Virus record (IMG/VR): IMGVR_UViG_3300018914_000025
Direction: 5' to 3' (one strand)
From: a virus
Length of the DNA: 58,057 bases
Position 1 is the first letter of the stretch; every line of letters starts with the position of its first letter. Below the pieces are notes generated by a model. It did not search any database. It worked only from the letters and a program-made list of their open reading frames with translations, and had not been told where the DNA came from. The translations under genes and the position numbers were made by a program. Shown one piece after another: positions 7,839 through 17,870 of this stretch.

Positions 7839-8903
7839 CTACAGCAGGGCCTTCAGCAGATGGCGCATGTGCTCATTCTGTGACGTGAGGGCCTCGATTT
7901 TACGGGTCAGGGAGTCGACAACCTCTTTGTACGACTCAATTTCGACTACATGACGCTTTTTGATTTCCTGCAGCTCGTCCTTCAAATGATCGAAGCTGAT
8001 CTTCTCACGATTAGTGGGGCCCGCACTCGTAGTTTCAGATACAGCATCCGCGCTTTTCTTCAACAGCCCCCATCGCTTCTTCGCGTGGTAGACGGCCGCT
8101 TTTGTGACGTTACATAGTTTCGATATTTCCGCATCGGTTTTTCCTTCCGCGACTAGTCGCTCCAGGGTTTCTTTCTCCAATTTGGCTTTTGCCACTTCTT
8201 CTTCTCCTTTCACTCCACGGTATCTATTCAGCAACTCTCCGATTCTAGCTACTATTCTGGAAATGTGAGCCTGTGAGACTCCCATTTCCTTTGAAATTTC
8301 GTCCTGCGTCATTCCTGACATTTTAAGCCGAATGACCTTCTGATCTCTTTCATTCAGCGTTTGTAGGAACTCTGATACAAAAACAGAGGAATAGTCCTCC
8401 TCCACCGGTATTGTGTTGTAGACACTCGTTTTTTCGTTGTCCAGATGTTCGGGAGCAGCGTCAGCATAGACCAGGTTAGAGGCTTTGATGTATTTAAGCG
8501 CCGCCTCCACTTCACACATTGGCCGAACCAACCGCTCGGAGATCTCTTCTGCGCTCATCGATTCAAGCCCCTGGAGTTTTATTTGATTGGCGACCTCGTA
8601 AACCGGTCGGGAGGGCCGTAATAAAGCTCCTTTGTCGCGTAGAAATCTTAGAACCTCCCCCTGGATCATCGGAACCGCGTAGGTGGAGAATCTCTTTACT
8701 CCTTCAAACAACGTCGGGTCGTATCTGTCAAACGCCCGGATCAGTCCGACGCACCCCTCGCTGTAAATCTCGTCGTAATCAATACCTAAAGCTGCAGCAC
8801 GTCGCCTGAACTTTTGCGCCACCATGTGAACCAGTTTGAGGTGAGAAGGAATCACCTCGTCCTTATAGCCCAGGTGCGGGTTATAATCACGAATCGCTGA
8901 CAC
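7839..8903 (-). CDS. Sigma-70 family sigma factor with a C-terminal extension (extra HTH plus coiled coil)
   Basis: Region 2-like FSTYAVPMIQGEVLRFLRD and region 4.2-like MTQDEISKEMGVSQAHISRIVARI. About 130 further residues contain KLCNVTKAAVYHAKKRWG and a heptad-like tail. Confidence 0.85.
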   Translation of the reverse strand: MSAIRDYNPHLGYKDEVIPSHLKLVHMVAQKFRRRAAALGIDYDEIYSEGCVGLIRAFDRYDPTLFEGVKRFSTYAVPMIQGEVLRFLRDKGALLRPSRPVYEVANQIKLQGLESMSAEEISERLVRPMCEVEAALKYIKASNLVYADAAPEHLDNEKTSVYNTIPVEEDYSSVFVSEFLQTLNERDQKVIRLKMSGMTQDEISKEMGVSQAHISRIVARIGELLNRYRGVKGEEEVAKAKLEKETLERLVAEGKTDAEISKLCNVTKAAVYHAKKRWGLLKKSADAVSETTSAGPTNREKISFDHLKDELQEIKKRHVVEIESYKEVVDSLTRKIEALTSQNEHMRHLLKALL

Positions 8904-8914
8904 GTACTCACCCC

Positions 8915-11900
8915 CTAGTACTCGTCATCTATCTGATCAAAGATCCCGAGCTCGAAGCACTTCGCCACATACGCATGGAATCGGGGCGTTTTCTTGAATC
9001 CTCCTGTTGTCTTGACCACCATCCGCATCTTTGTCAGCAGGTTCACGATCGCCTTTGCCTCTTCTTTCTCAATCGCGAGCATCGCCTCAACGTCGCTGAC
9101 ACCCAGGTAGTTCTGCTGGGCAAACAGCTTGATGAAGTCGTAGAACTTGCCGTCATGCTTCAGCGTTTTCAGTCCACGCATTTCCTGCGTGAAGCGCTCG
9201 TATCGCTCGTCTGTCATTTCTTCCTCGCGGATCGCGAGCCGTGCGTAGTAGTTCAGGCCGCAGCCCGGTGCGTTGTAGATCGACTGCAGGTATGCTTCGA
9301 TGAACTCCACATGCCCCGGCCACACCACAATCCGCTCTCCCGACTCATCCACGCTGTGCGTGAGCGCCGCGAGCGCTACCGCCAGCCGCGCTATCTTGTT
9401 CCGCTGATCGGAAGGCGACACCAGTGGCACGTCGTTTGCGTTGCCGTAGATTTTGGAGAGGTTCGTGGACACCTGCAGGATCCGCTCAATTGAGTCACCC
9501 GCAAACACCACGTCATCCGGTGTCCGGGACCAGGCGAACAGGATATTGTTTTTCAGTGCTTCGGCTGTGAACTTCTGCGGGTAGAACCCCAGCTGCGCGT
9601 TATACTTTTCGGGACCGACGTCCGACGCGCGCATGAAGATCGCGAAGTCAAAACGACGGATGTCCTCGTTATTGAAAATGTCCTTCAGTGACTCTACGCC
9701 GTGCCCGTAGTCCGCCAGGCGCCGCCCCTTCGGCACGTTTCCGGATAGAATCGCCCGCACCCGGCAAGGCGTCTCCGCCGTTACAGCGCGTTTTACTTCG
9801 AGCTTTCCGTCGCTGCGGGCCAGCGTCATTTCGCCGTACTCGTCTTTCGTGATACCGGTATCCTCGTCAATCCAGATCAGCTCCCGGTCTGCCAGCGGCC
9901 AAGCCCCCCACACGATATACCAGGCGCCGGATGCTCCCGACTGCTCCATCTTGTAGGTCAGGCCTGTCCGGCTCGTCGACTCGGCGTTTACCCGCTGACC
10001 CAGCCGCACGAAGTTCATGATCGATTCGATCAGGGCTGACTTTCCGGTTCCTGTGTCGCCCACGATTTTCCCCTCAACCCAGCCCCTGATCGCTGTTGAG
10101 CTCCACGGTACTTTGAACCGCAGCACACTATGATATGTGAGCAGAACACCGAGGAGTGTCTCATCGCGTTCCACGATCCGGGTCACGTTGTACGTCAGGT
10201 CATCGCATAGCGTTTTGAGCTTCTGCTCGATCATTTCAGGGGTGTAGTTCTCCGGCTGGAAGCTCCGCAGCTGAGATTTGATTTCGTCCGTCAGCTGGAA
10301 CGATTCGACCACATCCTGCATCGGGGTCGCGTCTTTTACGATGATCGTCGACTCCTGATTTTTCGGATGCGGGAACACGTAACCGGTGATCTCGTAGTAC
10401 TTGTTTTCGGAGAGGTCGATACCGCCCACGCTGTACACGCGCCGCAGCACGTATTTTCCGGTAGATGGGTTTTCCTCCACCCGATCGGGCTCGGCCATCG
10501 GAATCACCAGCAGCTCCTCGACGTTCGTGGTTTCCACTTGCTCGACGTTGTACTTGTAGCACGACGGGATCCCGGAGATCTCCTTCAGTATCCCTTTGAT
10601 GTTGTCGTCCCCGACTCCGCACATCTGGATCAGCTCACGATCCTGGACACCGAGGTCTTTGTATGCCGTGTGACTCGGAATGTCGTACAGAGGGCAGTGG
10701 GTCTTCTTGCATCCGTCCCGACCCCAGCAGTGGTACTCGATGCGTTTGGTGACGATGTACGGAGTGTGCTTCTTCCCGGCGATCATGACACGGGTTTTGA
10801 TCAGCTTGCCGGTGAGATCCGCGTCACCTGTTTGTGAAAGGTGCAGGTTGATCGGCGCCTCTTCCGTGTCTTTCTTCCGCTTCACACAGGGGCAAAGGTC
10901 GCCGGCGCACGCGACGCGCTCGTACTCGTTGCTCCCGGGTGTTTTGGGGCCGTGCAGGCTCCGGATGAACGCGCAGCCGAATCGGTACTCATTGTCCTTG
11001 GAGTACACCGCGTCCACCACGCTGCGGGTATTGGCGATGCGCTGCTGTTTCTGATAGTGGCTGTTCGCGCTGGTGTGTTTTACGACCCACTCTTCGAGGA
11101 TCTTCAGCGTCTCTTCCTTGCTGTGACCTGCGTCTTTGTAGTAGCAGGCCAACTGCACGGTCGCCTGATTTCGATCCCCTTCCTTCTTCCAGCCTCCGTT
11201 CATGATGTCCTGAACGCATACAGGGGGGACGCCTTTCGTGAAGTGATACTCTTCTTTTTCGTGGCGGGCGTTTGCTGTCGCGGCGACCTCCAGGTACTCA
11301 CCGCGTTTATCTTTATAGAATTCTGCGGCCTTCTCTCGGAGACCGATCAGTTCTTTTCGTTGCTCATCTGTAAAGGGCAGGTCACGACGCGGCGCTTTCG
11401 CCAGCTCTTGGATCTGCTCGATCGTCATGGTGTCGAGTTCGGTTTTGCTCAGTTCGATTTTGTGAAGATTCGTTTTTTGATGCACGCTGTTCGGAAGCCG
11501 CAGCATCCGGGCGGATGTGTAGACCACCATGTCCAGCGAGGTGAGTTCGAGCCGGTGAATCAAGTACCCGGCGATGTGCTTGAAAATCTTGTGCAGGTTG
11601 TTTGATGGTTGAATACCAAAAACGCTGTAACTGATCAGGATGTGGAAGCCTTTGCTTCCTGAGAAGTAAATCTGCATGTCGGACTCTTGGACATCCAGTT
11701 CGTTGAGAAAGAAGTGTACCAGCTTTCGTGCGTCCGCCAGGCTGACAGAAGGATCTTCTGCGTGATCAAGGTCGAAGTACAGGGGGGCGATGAACGCCTC
11801 CCCTTTCTCCCGCACCTTGTTTGCAAAGCGCTGGATGGTAGCGAAGCAGTTGTAGTTGAATGCCACTTTCTGCTGCCACTCGGGAACGGCCGACTTCTCG

Positions 11901-12001
11901 ATCCGCTCCCATTCCCCGTTGCTTTTGCCCATTTGATCCGTAAACCTGACGTCCACGTACTTGAAGTCTTGAAGTTGTGGTTCCTTTTTTGCCCTTGCCA
12001 C
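8915..12001 (-). CDS. Fusion of archaeo-eukaryotic primase (AEP/prim-pol) and MCM-like AAA+ helicase
   Basis: AEP motifs FDLDH and YFSGSKGFHILI; Cys clusters (CAGDLCPC, HCWGRDGCKKTHC); Walker A GDTGTGKS, Walker B LIWIDED, and RRFDF resembling the MCM SRFD arginine-finger motif. Confidence 0.8.
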   Translation of the reverse strand: MARAKKEPQLQDFKYVDVRFTDQMGKSNGEWERIEKSAVPEWQQKVAFNYNCFATIQRFANKVREKGEAFIAPLYFDLDHAEDPSVSLADARKLVHFFLNELDVQESDMQIYFSGSKGFHILISYSVFGIQPSNNLHKIFKHIAGYLIHRLELTSLDMVVYTSARMLRLPNSVHQKTNLHKIELSKTELDTMTIEQIQELAKAPRRDLPFTDEQRKELIGLREKAAEFYKDKRGEYLEVAATANARHEKEEYHFTKGVPPVCVQDIMNGGWKKEGDRNQATVQLACYYKDAGHSKEETLKILEEWVVKHTSANSHYQKQQRIANTRSVVDAVYSKDNEYRFGCAFIRSLHGPKTPGSNEYERVACAGDLCPCVKRKKDTEEAPINLHLSQTGDADLTGKLIKTRVMIAGKKHTPYIVTKRIEYHCWGRDGCKKTHCPLYDIPSHTAYKDLGVQDRELIQMCGVGDDNIKGILKEISGIPSCYKYNVEQVETTNVEELLVIPMAEPDRVEENPSTGKYVLRRVYSVGGIDLSENKYYEITGYVFPHPKNQESTIIVKDATPMQDVVESFQLTDEIKSQLRSFQPENYTPEMIEQKLKTLCDDLTYNVTRIVERDETLLGVLLTYHSVLRFKVPWSSTAIRGWVEGKIVGDTGTGKSALIESIMNFVRLGQRVNAESTSRTGLTYKMEQSGASGAWYIVWGAWPLADRELIWIDEDTGITKDEYGEMTLARSDGKLEVKRAVTAETPCRVRAILSGNVPKGRRLADYGHGVESLKDIFNNEDIRRFDFAIFMRASDVGPEKYNAQLGFYPQKFTAEALKNNILFAWSRTPDDVVFAGDSIERILQVSTNLSKIYGNANDVPLVSPSDQRNKIARLAVALAALTHSVDESGERIVVWPGHVEFIEAYLQSIYNAPGCGLNYYARLAIREEEMTDERYERFTQEMRGLKTLKHDGKFYDFIKLFAQQNYLGVSDVEAMLAIEKEEAKAIVNLLTKMRMVVKTTGGFKKTPRFHAYVAKCFELGIFDQIDDEY

Positions 12002-12021
12002 GTAGACGCCCCCTTACTGTA

Positions 12022-12717
12022 TTACTCTGTGATTCCGTAGTCCGCTGGGTTGAACAGGCCAACCGGCTGGAAGGTGAGGCCGAGGTAAGACTCGTTGTCG
12101 GCATTTTTCCGCTCTTCCGAGTCGAGACGAACCACTACCCGGTTGATCCCCGTGCCTTTCGGGATATTCAGCGCTTTGAATTTGCCGTCGTACACCTTCA
12201 TCGCAAACTTGCCCCATGCAATGGTGTCTCCAGGCGCGAAGCTCATCAGGTAGATTTTCGGTCCCTCTTCGCCGGTCAGCGTTTGCACCGGAACCACCAG
12301 CGCATTGTAGCGCAGCTTGATGTCGTCTTCCGTGTAACGACTTGCAGCTTCCGGGTTTTCTGCGAGCCAGTTACGGAGCGCCTCGATGGCTTCTTCCTGC
12401 GTCTTCTCTGCTGTGATCAGCTCGCCTTTCTCCGGCGTGTTGTCTTTGCCCCAGAGCGTCCAGCGCTGCTCACCGTGGCCGACCACGACGTCGATCGTCT
12501 GGCCGTAGCTTACGGACTCGTCATCCTTCTCCACGAAGTTGCCCTTCTTGTTTAGCTTCAGCCATTCGCCCATCCGCACATAATCGAGATCCATGCCGGC
12601 ATTCGCTTCCATGAAGCCCTGCCGACGCTCCTCCAGCATGCGGGAAATATAGCTTTGGTTTGCTACTGCGACTGCTTTCGTTTCGTTCGTGGTTACAGCT
12701 GTTTGTTGGTTTTCCAT
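12022..12717 (-). CDS. hypothetical protein (replication module)
   Basis: 231-aa ORF in a co-directional string; no motif recognised. Confidence 0.55.
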   Translation of the reverse strand: MENQQTAVTTNETKAVAVANQSYISRMLEERRQGFMEANAGMDLDYVRMGEWLKLNKKGNFVEKDDESVSYGQTIDVVVGHGEQRWTLWGKDNTPEKGELITAEKTQEEAIEALRNWLAENPEAASRYTEDDIKLRYNALVVPVQTLTGEEGPKIYLMSFAPGDTIAWGKFAMKVYDGKFKALNIPKGTGINRVVVRLDSEERKNADNESYLGLTFQPVGLFNPADYGITE

Positions 12718-12738
12718 AGGTTTGTGACCTCCAAAGGG

Positions 12739-13362
12739 TTATTTTTTGAGAGTAATCAGTTCGGCGTAAGGCAGGGTTTCCATCCAGGCGGCGAAATCGC
12801 GCCACTCCTGCAGGCGGTGCAGCCTCCGGCTGTGGTACATGTTCTTCAGTACCTGGTAGTTTAGGGTGCAGGTTCGGCGGTAGTTGAAGGACTGTGGTAC
12901 ATGCTGAAGCAGCTTTCTCCACTCCGGCGACGGCTTCTTCTTACCTGTCGCCCACCATTCTTCGATTAATTGGTTAAGGTGTTCGATCAATAGTTGTTCT
13001 CGTATTCCTACTGAATCGAAGCTGAAGTCGTCTACCGTCAGATGCCGGCTGCCCATCTTGTGCATTTGTGACGTGCTGTTCTCGACCGTTCCGACTTTGT
13101 AGGTCGCCTGCTCACGCCACCAGTACTCCGGGGCTGTGATGTCCACGCTGACGAGGATCTGCCGCATGAATTTCGCGTGATCGTTTCCAGCACGCGCAAG
13201 TCCCAGGGCGAGCACATAGTCGTTCGGACCAAACTGGAATTCCAAGCCGTTCTCCGTCGGGATATATTGGCTGTCCATTTTGTCCCAAGACTCCCAGCTA
13301 TTCCGCATGCCACGGATCGCGTCGAGCCAGTTGTAGATTTTCAGGTGTTCAAACTGAATCAA
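12739..13362 (-). CDS. ThyX-like (Thy1-fold) protein without the canonical RHRxxS motif, tentative
   Basis: HAKFMRQILVSVDITAPEYWWREQATYKVGTVENSTSQMH parallels the ThyX core block layout, but the RHR/SQRY residues are replaced. Confidence 0.3.
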   Translation of the reverse strand: MIQFEHLKIYNWLDAIRGMRNSWESWDKMDSQYIPTENGLEFQFGPNDYVLALGLARAGNDHAKFMRQILVSVDITAPEYWWREQATYKVGTVENSTSQMHKMGSRHLTVDDFSFDSVGIREQLLIEHLNQLIEEWWATGKKKPSPEWRKLLQHVPQSFNYRRTCTLNYQVLKNMYHSRRLHRLQEWRDFAAWMETLPYAELITLKK

Positions 13363-13377
13363 TCTTTTTCACCCCCT

Positions 13378-14895
13378 TCACCAGCGAATGCCGCTGAGAA
13401 AATCTGCGATCTCGTCGCGTTCTGTTCTCGGCTTCTTTGGTACCTTCAGCCCCAGGCGTTTGTACACCGACCGGCGGCTGCTGTACTGGCTGCGGAACAC
13501 TCCGACGTTGTAGTCCACGTAGTCGAACCAGATCGCCTTTTTGTCGGGGTTCGCCGGGTCCGGCCGCATAATCCGGCCGATCTCTTGCTCCACCGCCGCT
13601 CCGTTTCGGCTGCCGGATGCATCCCCGCGTTTCGGTGTGACCATGTGCCCGATCGTCAGGTGTGGCATGTCCAGACCTTCCCGGGCAAGCTGCGTCGCGA
13701 TGAGGACGTCGACCTCTTTCCGATAGGCGGCATCGAGGATCTCCTTTCGCTCCTTCTTCGGCAGCTTCCCATGCACCACCGATACGCGCAATTTCCCTTT
13801 TGATACGTTTTGTATCATAGACTGCAGCAGATAGCCATACTCGACCCGTTCAGTCAGAACGATGCTGTAGTTTCCAGGCGCGTGCTTTACGATGTTCTCT
13901 GCTACCAGCTGGGCGCGCTTCTCGTCGTTGATCAGCGCCTCCATCAGGGCATTGTAGTTGAGGTCTTCCCCGCCGGCATCCACGCTGTCGATCTCGTTGC
14001 GGTCACTCGCCTGCTCGTAGTCGAATTCGGTGTACACGAACCGGATCTCCGGCTTGATCAGACGCCCTGACTCGTACAGTCCGTCACGCTTGATCTCGTA
14101 GACGATCGGACCCACCCCGGCGTACAGGTAGCACTCCAACTTGTCTTTTCGCTCCGGAGTCGCTGTGAGCCCCAGTACGTTGGCCGCCGGGAACTGCCCG
14201 GCCACTTCGAGAAACGCAGGTGCTGGGAAGTGGTGCGCCTCGTCGATCACCAGTGTTCCGATGATCGGTTTCAGCGTTTCGACCAGGTGTGGGTGTGCCT
14301 GCAGCGTTTGAACCGTTGCGACGATCAGCTTCCCGTCTCCCCACTCTTGCTTCCCGTCTCCGAGAATCCCGACTCTCCCGACGCCGAGCAAGTACCGCTC
14401 TGCGTTCTTCGCTGACTGATACATCAGGTCTTTTGTGTGGGTCAGCCAGAGCGCCGGCCGTCCCTTTTCCCAGATGTACCACATGCCCATCAGCGTCTTT
14501 CCGGACCCTGCGGGTGCGACCAGAACGCCGTTTTTCAAAAGGACGGCTTTGATCGCAGGGCGCTGGTCTTCCTTCGGGATGTACTTCGCGTTCCACTCCC
14601 CGAAGTCCACCTTCCACCCTTCCGTCAGCCGCTTTGTGACGACTTCGTGAGGGTTAATCCCGTGTTTCAGGAGGATGTCCACAAGGCTGACGTAGAACCC
14701 CCGCGGAACGATCAAGTCACCTCGGTCGTACGTGTAGAGCGTCAGCTTTTTATCGATGCCCCACGTCGGCCGCTTTTTCGACTTCCTTTCGATATACACG
14801 GGATTGTCCAGTGTCAGCGCTGCGGTGATCTCCTCCCGTAAGGGCACCGACGCTCCGCGAATCCGGATATTGTTGCTTACAAGTATCTGCAGCAC
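13378..14895 (-). CDS. SF2 DEAD/DEAH-box DNA helicase
   Basis: Walker A VAPAGSGKT, motif II VIDEAHHF, motif III GLTATP, then a C-terminal RecA-like domain. Confidence 0.85.
   Translation of the reverse strand: MLQILVSNNIRIRGASVPLREEITAALTLDNPVYIERKSKKRPTWGIDKKLTLYTYDRGDLIVPRGFYVSLVDILLKHGINPHEVVTKRLTEGWKVDFGEWNAKYIPKEDQRPAIKAVLLKNGVLVAPAGSGKTLMGMWYIWEKGRPALWLTHTKDLMYQSAKNAERYLLGVGRVGILGDGKQEWGDGKLIVATVQTLQAHPHLVETLKPIIGTLVIDEAHHFPAPAFLEVAGQFPAANVLGLTATPERKDKLECYLYAGVGPIVYEIKRDGLYESGRLIKPEIRFVYTEFDYEQASDRNEIDSVDAGGEDLNYNALMEALINDEKRAQLVAENIVKHAPGNYSIVLTERVEYGYLLQSMIQNVSKGKLRVSVVHGKLPKKERKEILDAAYRKEVDVLIATQLAREGLDMPHLTIGHMVTPKRGDASGSRNGAAVEQEIGRIMRPDPANPDKKAIWFDYVDYNVGVFRSQYSSRRSVYKRLGLKVPKKPRTERDEIADFLSGIRW
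13802..13816. promoter_or_regulatory. GATAC-N5-GTATC palindrome, site 4 (GATACgttttGTATC), intragenic
   Basis: Perfect half-sites inside the SF2 helicase ORF, where they encode ..IQNVS.. Confidence 0.5.
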
Positions 14896-15404
14896 TCCAC
14901 CACCCCTTTGAGATCGTATGTCGGCTCTGCTCGGCGAAGCCTCGGGATCGCGACCGCCAGGTACTTACCGGTTCGGGAGTGGTGTTCCAGCTCGTCGAGA
15001 GTGATGTACCAGCGCCCTTTCCGCTCCATGTACTTGATCGCTGGGATCAGGCGGATCGCAAACGCTTTGTCGAGCCCTTGCTCCGGATTGTGAAAGCTGA
15101 CGAACACCAGCCCCACATTCCGCTCGATTACTTCGTCGAAGTCGATGAGCCCGCGGACCTGATTCACTCTCAGAAAGGAGAGCTCGAACTTTTTCCCTTT
15201 CGTCCGCTTGTGCTCGGCGAGGATGTTCACGTCCTGCGTGATGATCAGTTCGTCTCCCGGGCGGGTTGTCGCCCCGTCGGGGATCCGCACGCGGTAGCAG
15301 TTGGGGATCTCAAACCAGCTGCGCCGCATTTCTGCCTGGAAGTCCTCGCCACGCTGCCGACGTTCCCGCTGCAGGTTTCGCTGGGTTTGGGTCTTGGGGT
15401 TCAT
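14877..15404 (-). CDS. PD-(D/E)XK-type nuclease (resolvase-like), tentative
   Basis: IITQDVNILAEHKRTKG fits a D..(E)xK nuclease core; sits between the helicase and SbcCD genes. Confidence 0.45.
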   Translation of the reverse strand: MNPKTQTQRNLQRERRQRGEDFQAEMRRSWFEIPNCYRVRIPDGATTRPGDELIITQDVNILAEHKRTKGKKFELSFLRVNQVRGLIDFDEVIERNVGLVFVSFHNPEQGLDKAFAIRLIPAIKYMERKGRWYITLDELEHHSRTGKYLAVAIPRLRRAEPTYDLKGVVECCRYL

Positions 15405-15407
15405 ACC

Positions 15408-15977
15408 CTATCTCCCCGCCAAGAAATTTAGCGTCGCGGCCTGCAGGCTTGCTTTCGCTCGCACGCTTTCACATGCGTCCTTTGTTGCGAACCAGCGATC
15501 ATTCGCCTGCATCGCGGCGACTTCCAGGGCTGCGAGTTGTGCTTCGACTTCTGCCAGCTGACGCCGCTCCTCGGCGCTCGCGTTTCGGCGGTAAGCGTCC
15601 CGCGCCGTCTCATTGGTGAGCGAGACCTTTTCGCCGTTTACGATTGCGTGCGCTTCTTTGCCCTCTCCGCGGATCTTCATGATCGCCTCGGATTCCGTCA
15701 ATTGGATCGCGGCTTCGAGTTGGGTTTTTCGCCGAAGCAGGTCAGCTTTTCCGCCAGACGCTTCAGACCTCAGGCGGCCGGCTTCCAGGATGTCACTGAC
15801 GCTCATATTCAGTTGCTCGAATGTATCACTTAGCTGCTTTGGGTGAATCACCGGTACATACTCGGCCGGGATCTGCCGGCCTGCAGACTGCAGCAGGATG
15901 TCTGCCGCCGCTTTCACTTGCTCGGGACCGTAGGTTTGGATCAGGTCTTGCAGCGCTTCTTTTGGGGATTGCATCAT
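15408..15977 (-). CDS. hypothetical protein
   Basis: 189-aa ORF with a 4-nt overlap to the upstream SbcD gene. Confidence 0.5.
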   Translation of the reverse strand: MMQSPKEALQDLIQTYGPEQVKAAADILLQSAGRQIPAEYVPVIHPKQLSDTFEQLNMSVSDILEAGRLRSEASGGKADLLRRKTQLEAAIQLTESEAIMKIRGEGKEAHAIVNGEKVSLTNETARDAYRRNASAEERRQLAEVEAQLAALEVAAMQANDRWFATKDACESVRAKASLQAATLNFLAGR

Positions 15978-16954
15978 ACCGTCAACCTCATTTCTTCGAT
16001 TTTTTCGAGTGCCAGGCGGACTACGCCGGGCGGCAAACCTTCCTGCTCACCGATCGTCTCGACGATCTGGTTCACGTCCAGCAACACCCGGGCACCGGTC
16101 TGCGTCTGAATCAGCGCGGCGAACTCTTCCATGTGATATTGCCGGGCCTGATCCGCTTCGATCTTACTGCGATCGAGCACTTCGCTGCCGGGCTTCGCGC
16201 TTTTCAGTGGGATTTTCTCCAGGTGCAGCCCCGTCTCTCTGTCGTAGGTGATCAGCAGCACCTGTATGGGCCTCTCAATCTCCTGCACGGACGCTGACAG
16301 GCGGGTCAGGCTGCCAATGTTGGCGAACACCTTGCCGTCCGCTCGGTGGTAAATATCGAACCCCAGATGATCGTGCCCGGTGAGCACCAGGTCGGCTTCC
16401 GTCTTTACGTTCCCGATGTACGTGTACCGGTCAAAAACAACGGGGTCGTGATCGAGCAGCATGCCGTGTGCGACGTGGATCTTGAACGAGTGCGGATTGT
16501 TGTTCTCTGGGCTGTAGCCGTAACCGTCTCGGTCAATCTTGTTCGTGTACGGGGTGAACGTGACCTGCACCTCGTCATTTCTGCCAAAGTACACGGCCTT
16601 CGCCGGGTCGTTGATGACGTGAAACTGCGGTACCAGGCGCTCCAGCAGGTGGAGCGACGTCCGCCAGTAGGTCTCCAGGTTGTAGCTGAAGAGGTCGTGG
16701 TTTCCGGCCGTCGTGTAGATCGGCACCGGGCTCTCCGCGAGCAGGTCCGCGAACTCCAGCAGTACGCTGTTGCTGGTGTCAGGACGGTCCCAGGTGTCTC
16801 CCGGTTCGAGCAGGGCATCCACCTGATGCTCTTTCGCCAGCTGGAAGATCTCCCGCATCTTTGCCTTTACCGCTTCTTTGTAGTCGTCGGTTCGGCTGCG
16901 TGGGCTGGTCCCGCGGAAGTGCGGGTCTCCGAAGTAGAGGAGTTTTACTGTCAT
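15974..16954 (-). CDS. sbcD: SbcD/Mre11-family metallophosphoesterase nuclease
   Basis: Calcineurin-like motifs in order: GDPHF, GDTWD, GNHD, HGM, GHDH. Confidence 0.85.
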   Translation of the reverse strand: MTVKLLYFGDPHFRGTSPRSRTDDYKEAVKAKMREIFQLAKEHQVDALLEPGDTWDRPDTSNSVLLEFADLLAESPVPIYTTAGNHDLFSYNLETYWRTSLHLLERLVPQFHVINDPAKAVYFGRNDEVQVTFTPYTNKIDRDGYGYSPENNNPHSFKIHVAHGMLLDHDPVVFDRYTYIGNVKTEADLVLTGHDHLGFDIYHRADGKVFANIGSLTRLSASVQEIERPIQVLLITYDRETGLHLEKIPLKSAKPGSEVLDRSKIEADQARQYHMEEFAALIQTQTGARVLLDVNQIVETIGEQEGLPPGVVRLALEKIEEMRLTV

Positions 16955-17229
16955 GACACAACCCCCTCACGGAGTTTCCGCCAGTGCTCCGGACTGTGTT
17001 TGCTTGTCTGCTGTACCCAGCCCTTCCCTTCGATGAAATCCTTTTTCCCTGCGTACACTTCGTCAGAATGATCGACATAGGACGGTTCCCCAGGGCAATC
17101 CGTAGTCAGCGATCCTTCAACTAGTCCGCATCTTATACATACCGCAAGGCCGCCGTCACACACGTTGCAGTGAGATTCTTTGCACGTGCCGTGACGTACC
17201 ACAAACTCGCAGGTAAAGTCGTGTTTCAT
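16951..17229 (-). CDS. Cys-rich small protein (putative zinc-binding)
   Basis: 92-aa ORF with CNVCDGGLAVCIRCG...DCPG; 4-nt overlaps on both sides. Confidence 0.5.
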   Translation of the reverse strand: MKHDFTCEFVVRHGTCKESHCNVCDGGLAVCIRCGLVEGSLTTDCPGEPSYVDHSDEVYAGKKDFIEGKGWVQQTSKHSPEHWRKLREGVVS

Positions 17230-17870
17230 ACCGCTGTCACCTCGCTTTTCCCGTTCTTCTGCGTCACTTCCAGCGACACGTCCCCGATCGTTGCCAGGTG
17301 AGCGTTATGCGTGATGAGCACGATCTGACGGCCGAACTTCTCGCTGTACTCCTTCAGGAAGTAGGCGACATTCGGCGCATACTCCTGTGATACATGTTTC
17401 CCTACTTCGTCGAGCATCAACGGCCCCTGAACCCCGGTCAACTCCCCGACCGCCAGCCGAAGCGCGAGGCTCACCACGTCGGCCACCCCGCCTCCCCGGT
17501 CGTAATCCGGCGGCTTCAACTGTGTTCGTACCCCTTCGCTTTCGAGGAAGTACTCAGCGACCGGCTGATTCCCTTTGACGTCGAGCTCGATTTCGAACCG
17601 GTAGTCCTTCCCGAACACGACTGACAGGGCGCTGGTGACGATCTCTTCGATTCGTGTCTTTGCCTGCTGCCGGGCGAAGTCGCTCGTTTTCTGCAAGAGG
17701 ATCTGCACCAGGTCATAAACCCCGAGCTTCTCCTCCGCGAACATCTTTCGCTGCAGGGCGTCCGCTCGCTGCTTCTCCAGCAGTTGTTTCTGCCCTTCCT
17801 TGGCAGCGATCCGCTGGGCTGCTTGTCTGACATCGGCTTTTGCTTTGTCGATGGCGTACATGGGGATCAC
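17226..17870 (-). CDS. SbcC/Rad50 C-terminal ATPase lobe (separate ORF)
   Basis: Signature-like RGGGVADVVSLALRLA, Walker B LMLDEVGKH, H-loop LITHN. Confidence 0.7.
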   Translation of the reverse strand: MIPMYAIDKAKADVRQAAQRIAAKEGQKQLLEKQRADALQRKMFAEEKLGVYDLVQILLQKTSDFARQQAKTRIEEIVTSALSVVFGKDYRFEIELDVKGNQPVAEYFLESEGVRTQLKPPDYDRGGGVADVVSLALRLAVGELTGVQGPLMLDEVGKHVSQEYAPNVAYFLKEYSEKFGRQIVLITHNAHLATIGDVSLEVTQKNGKSEVTAV

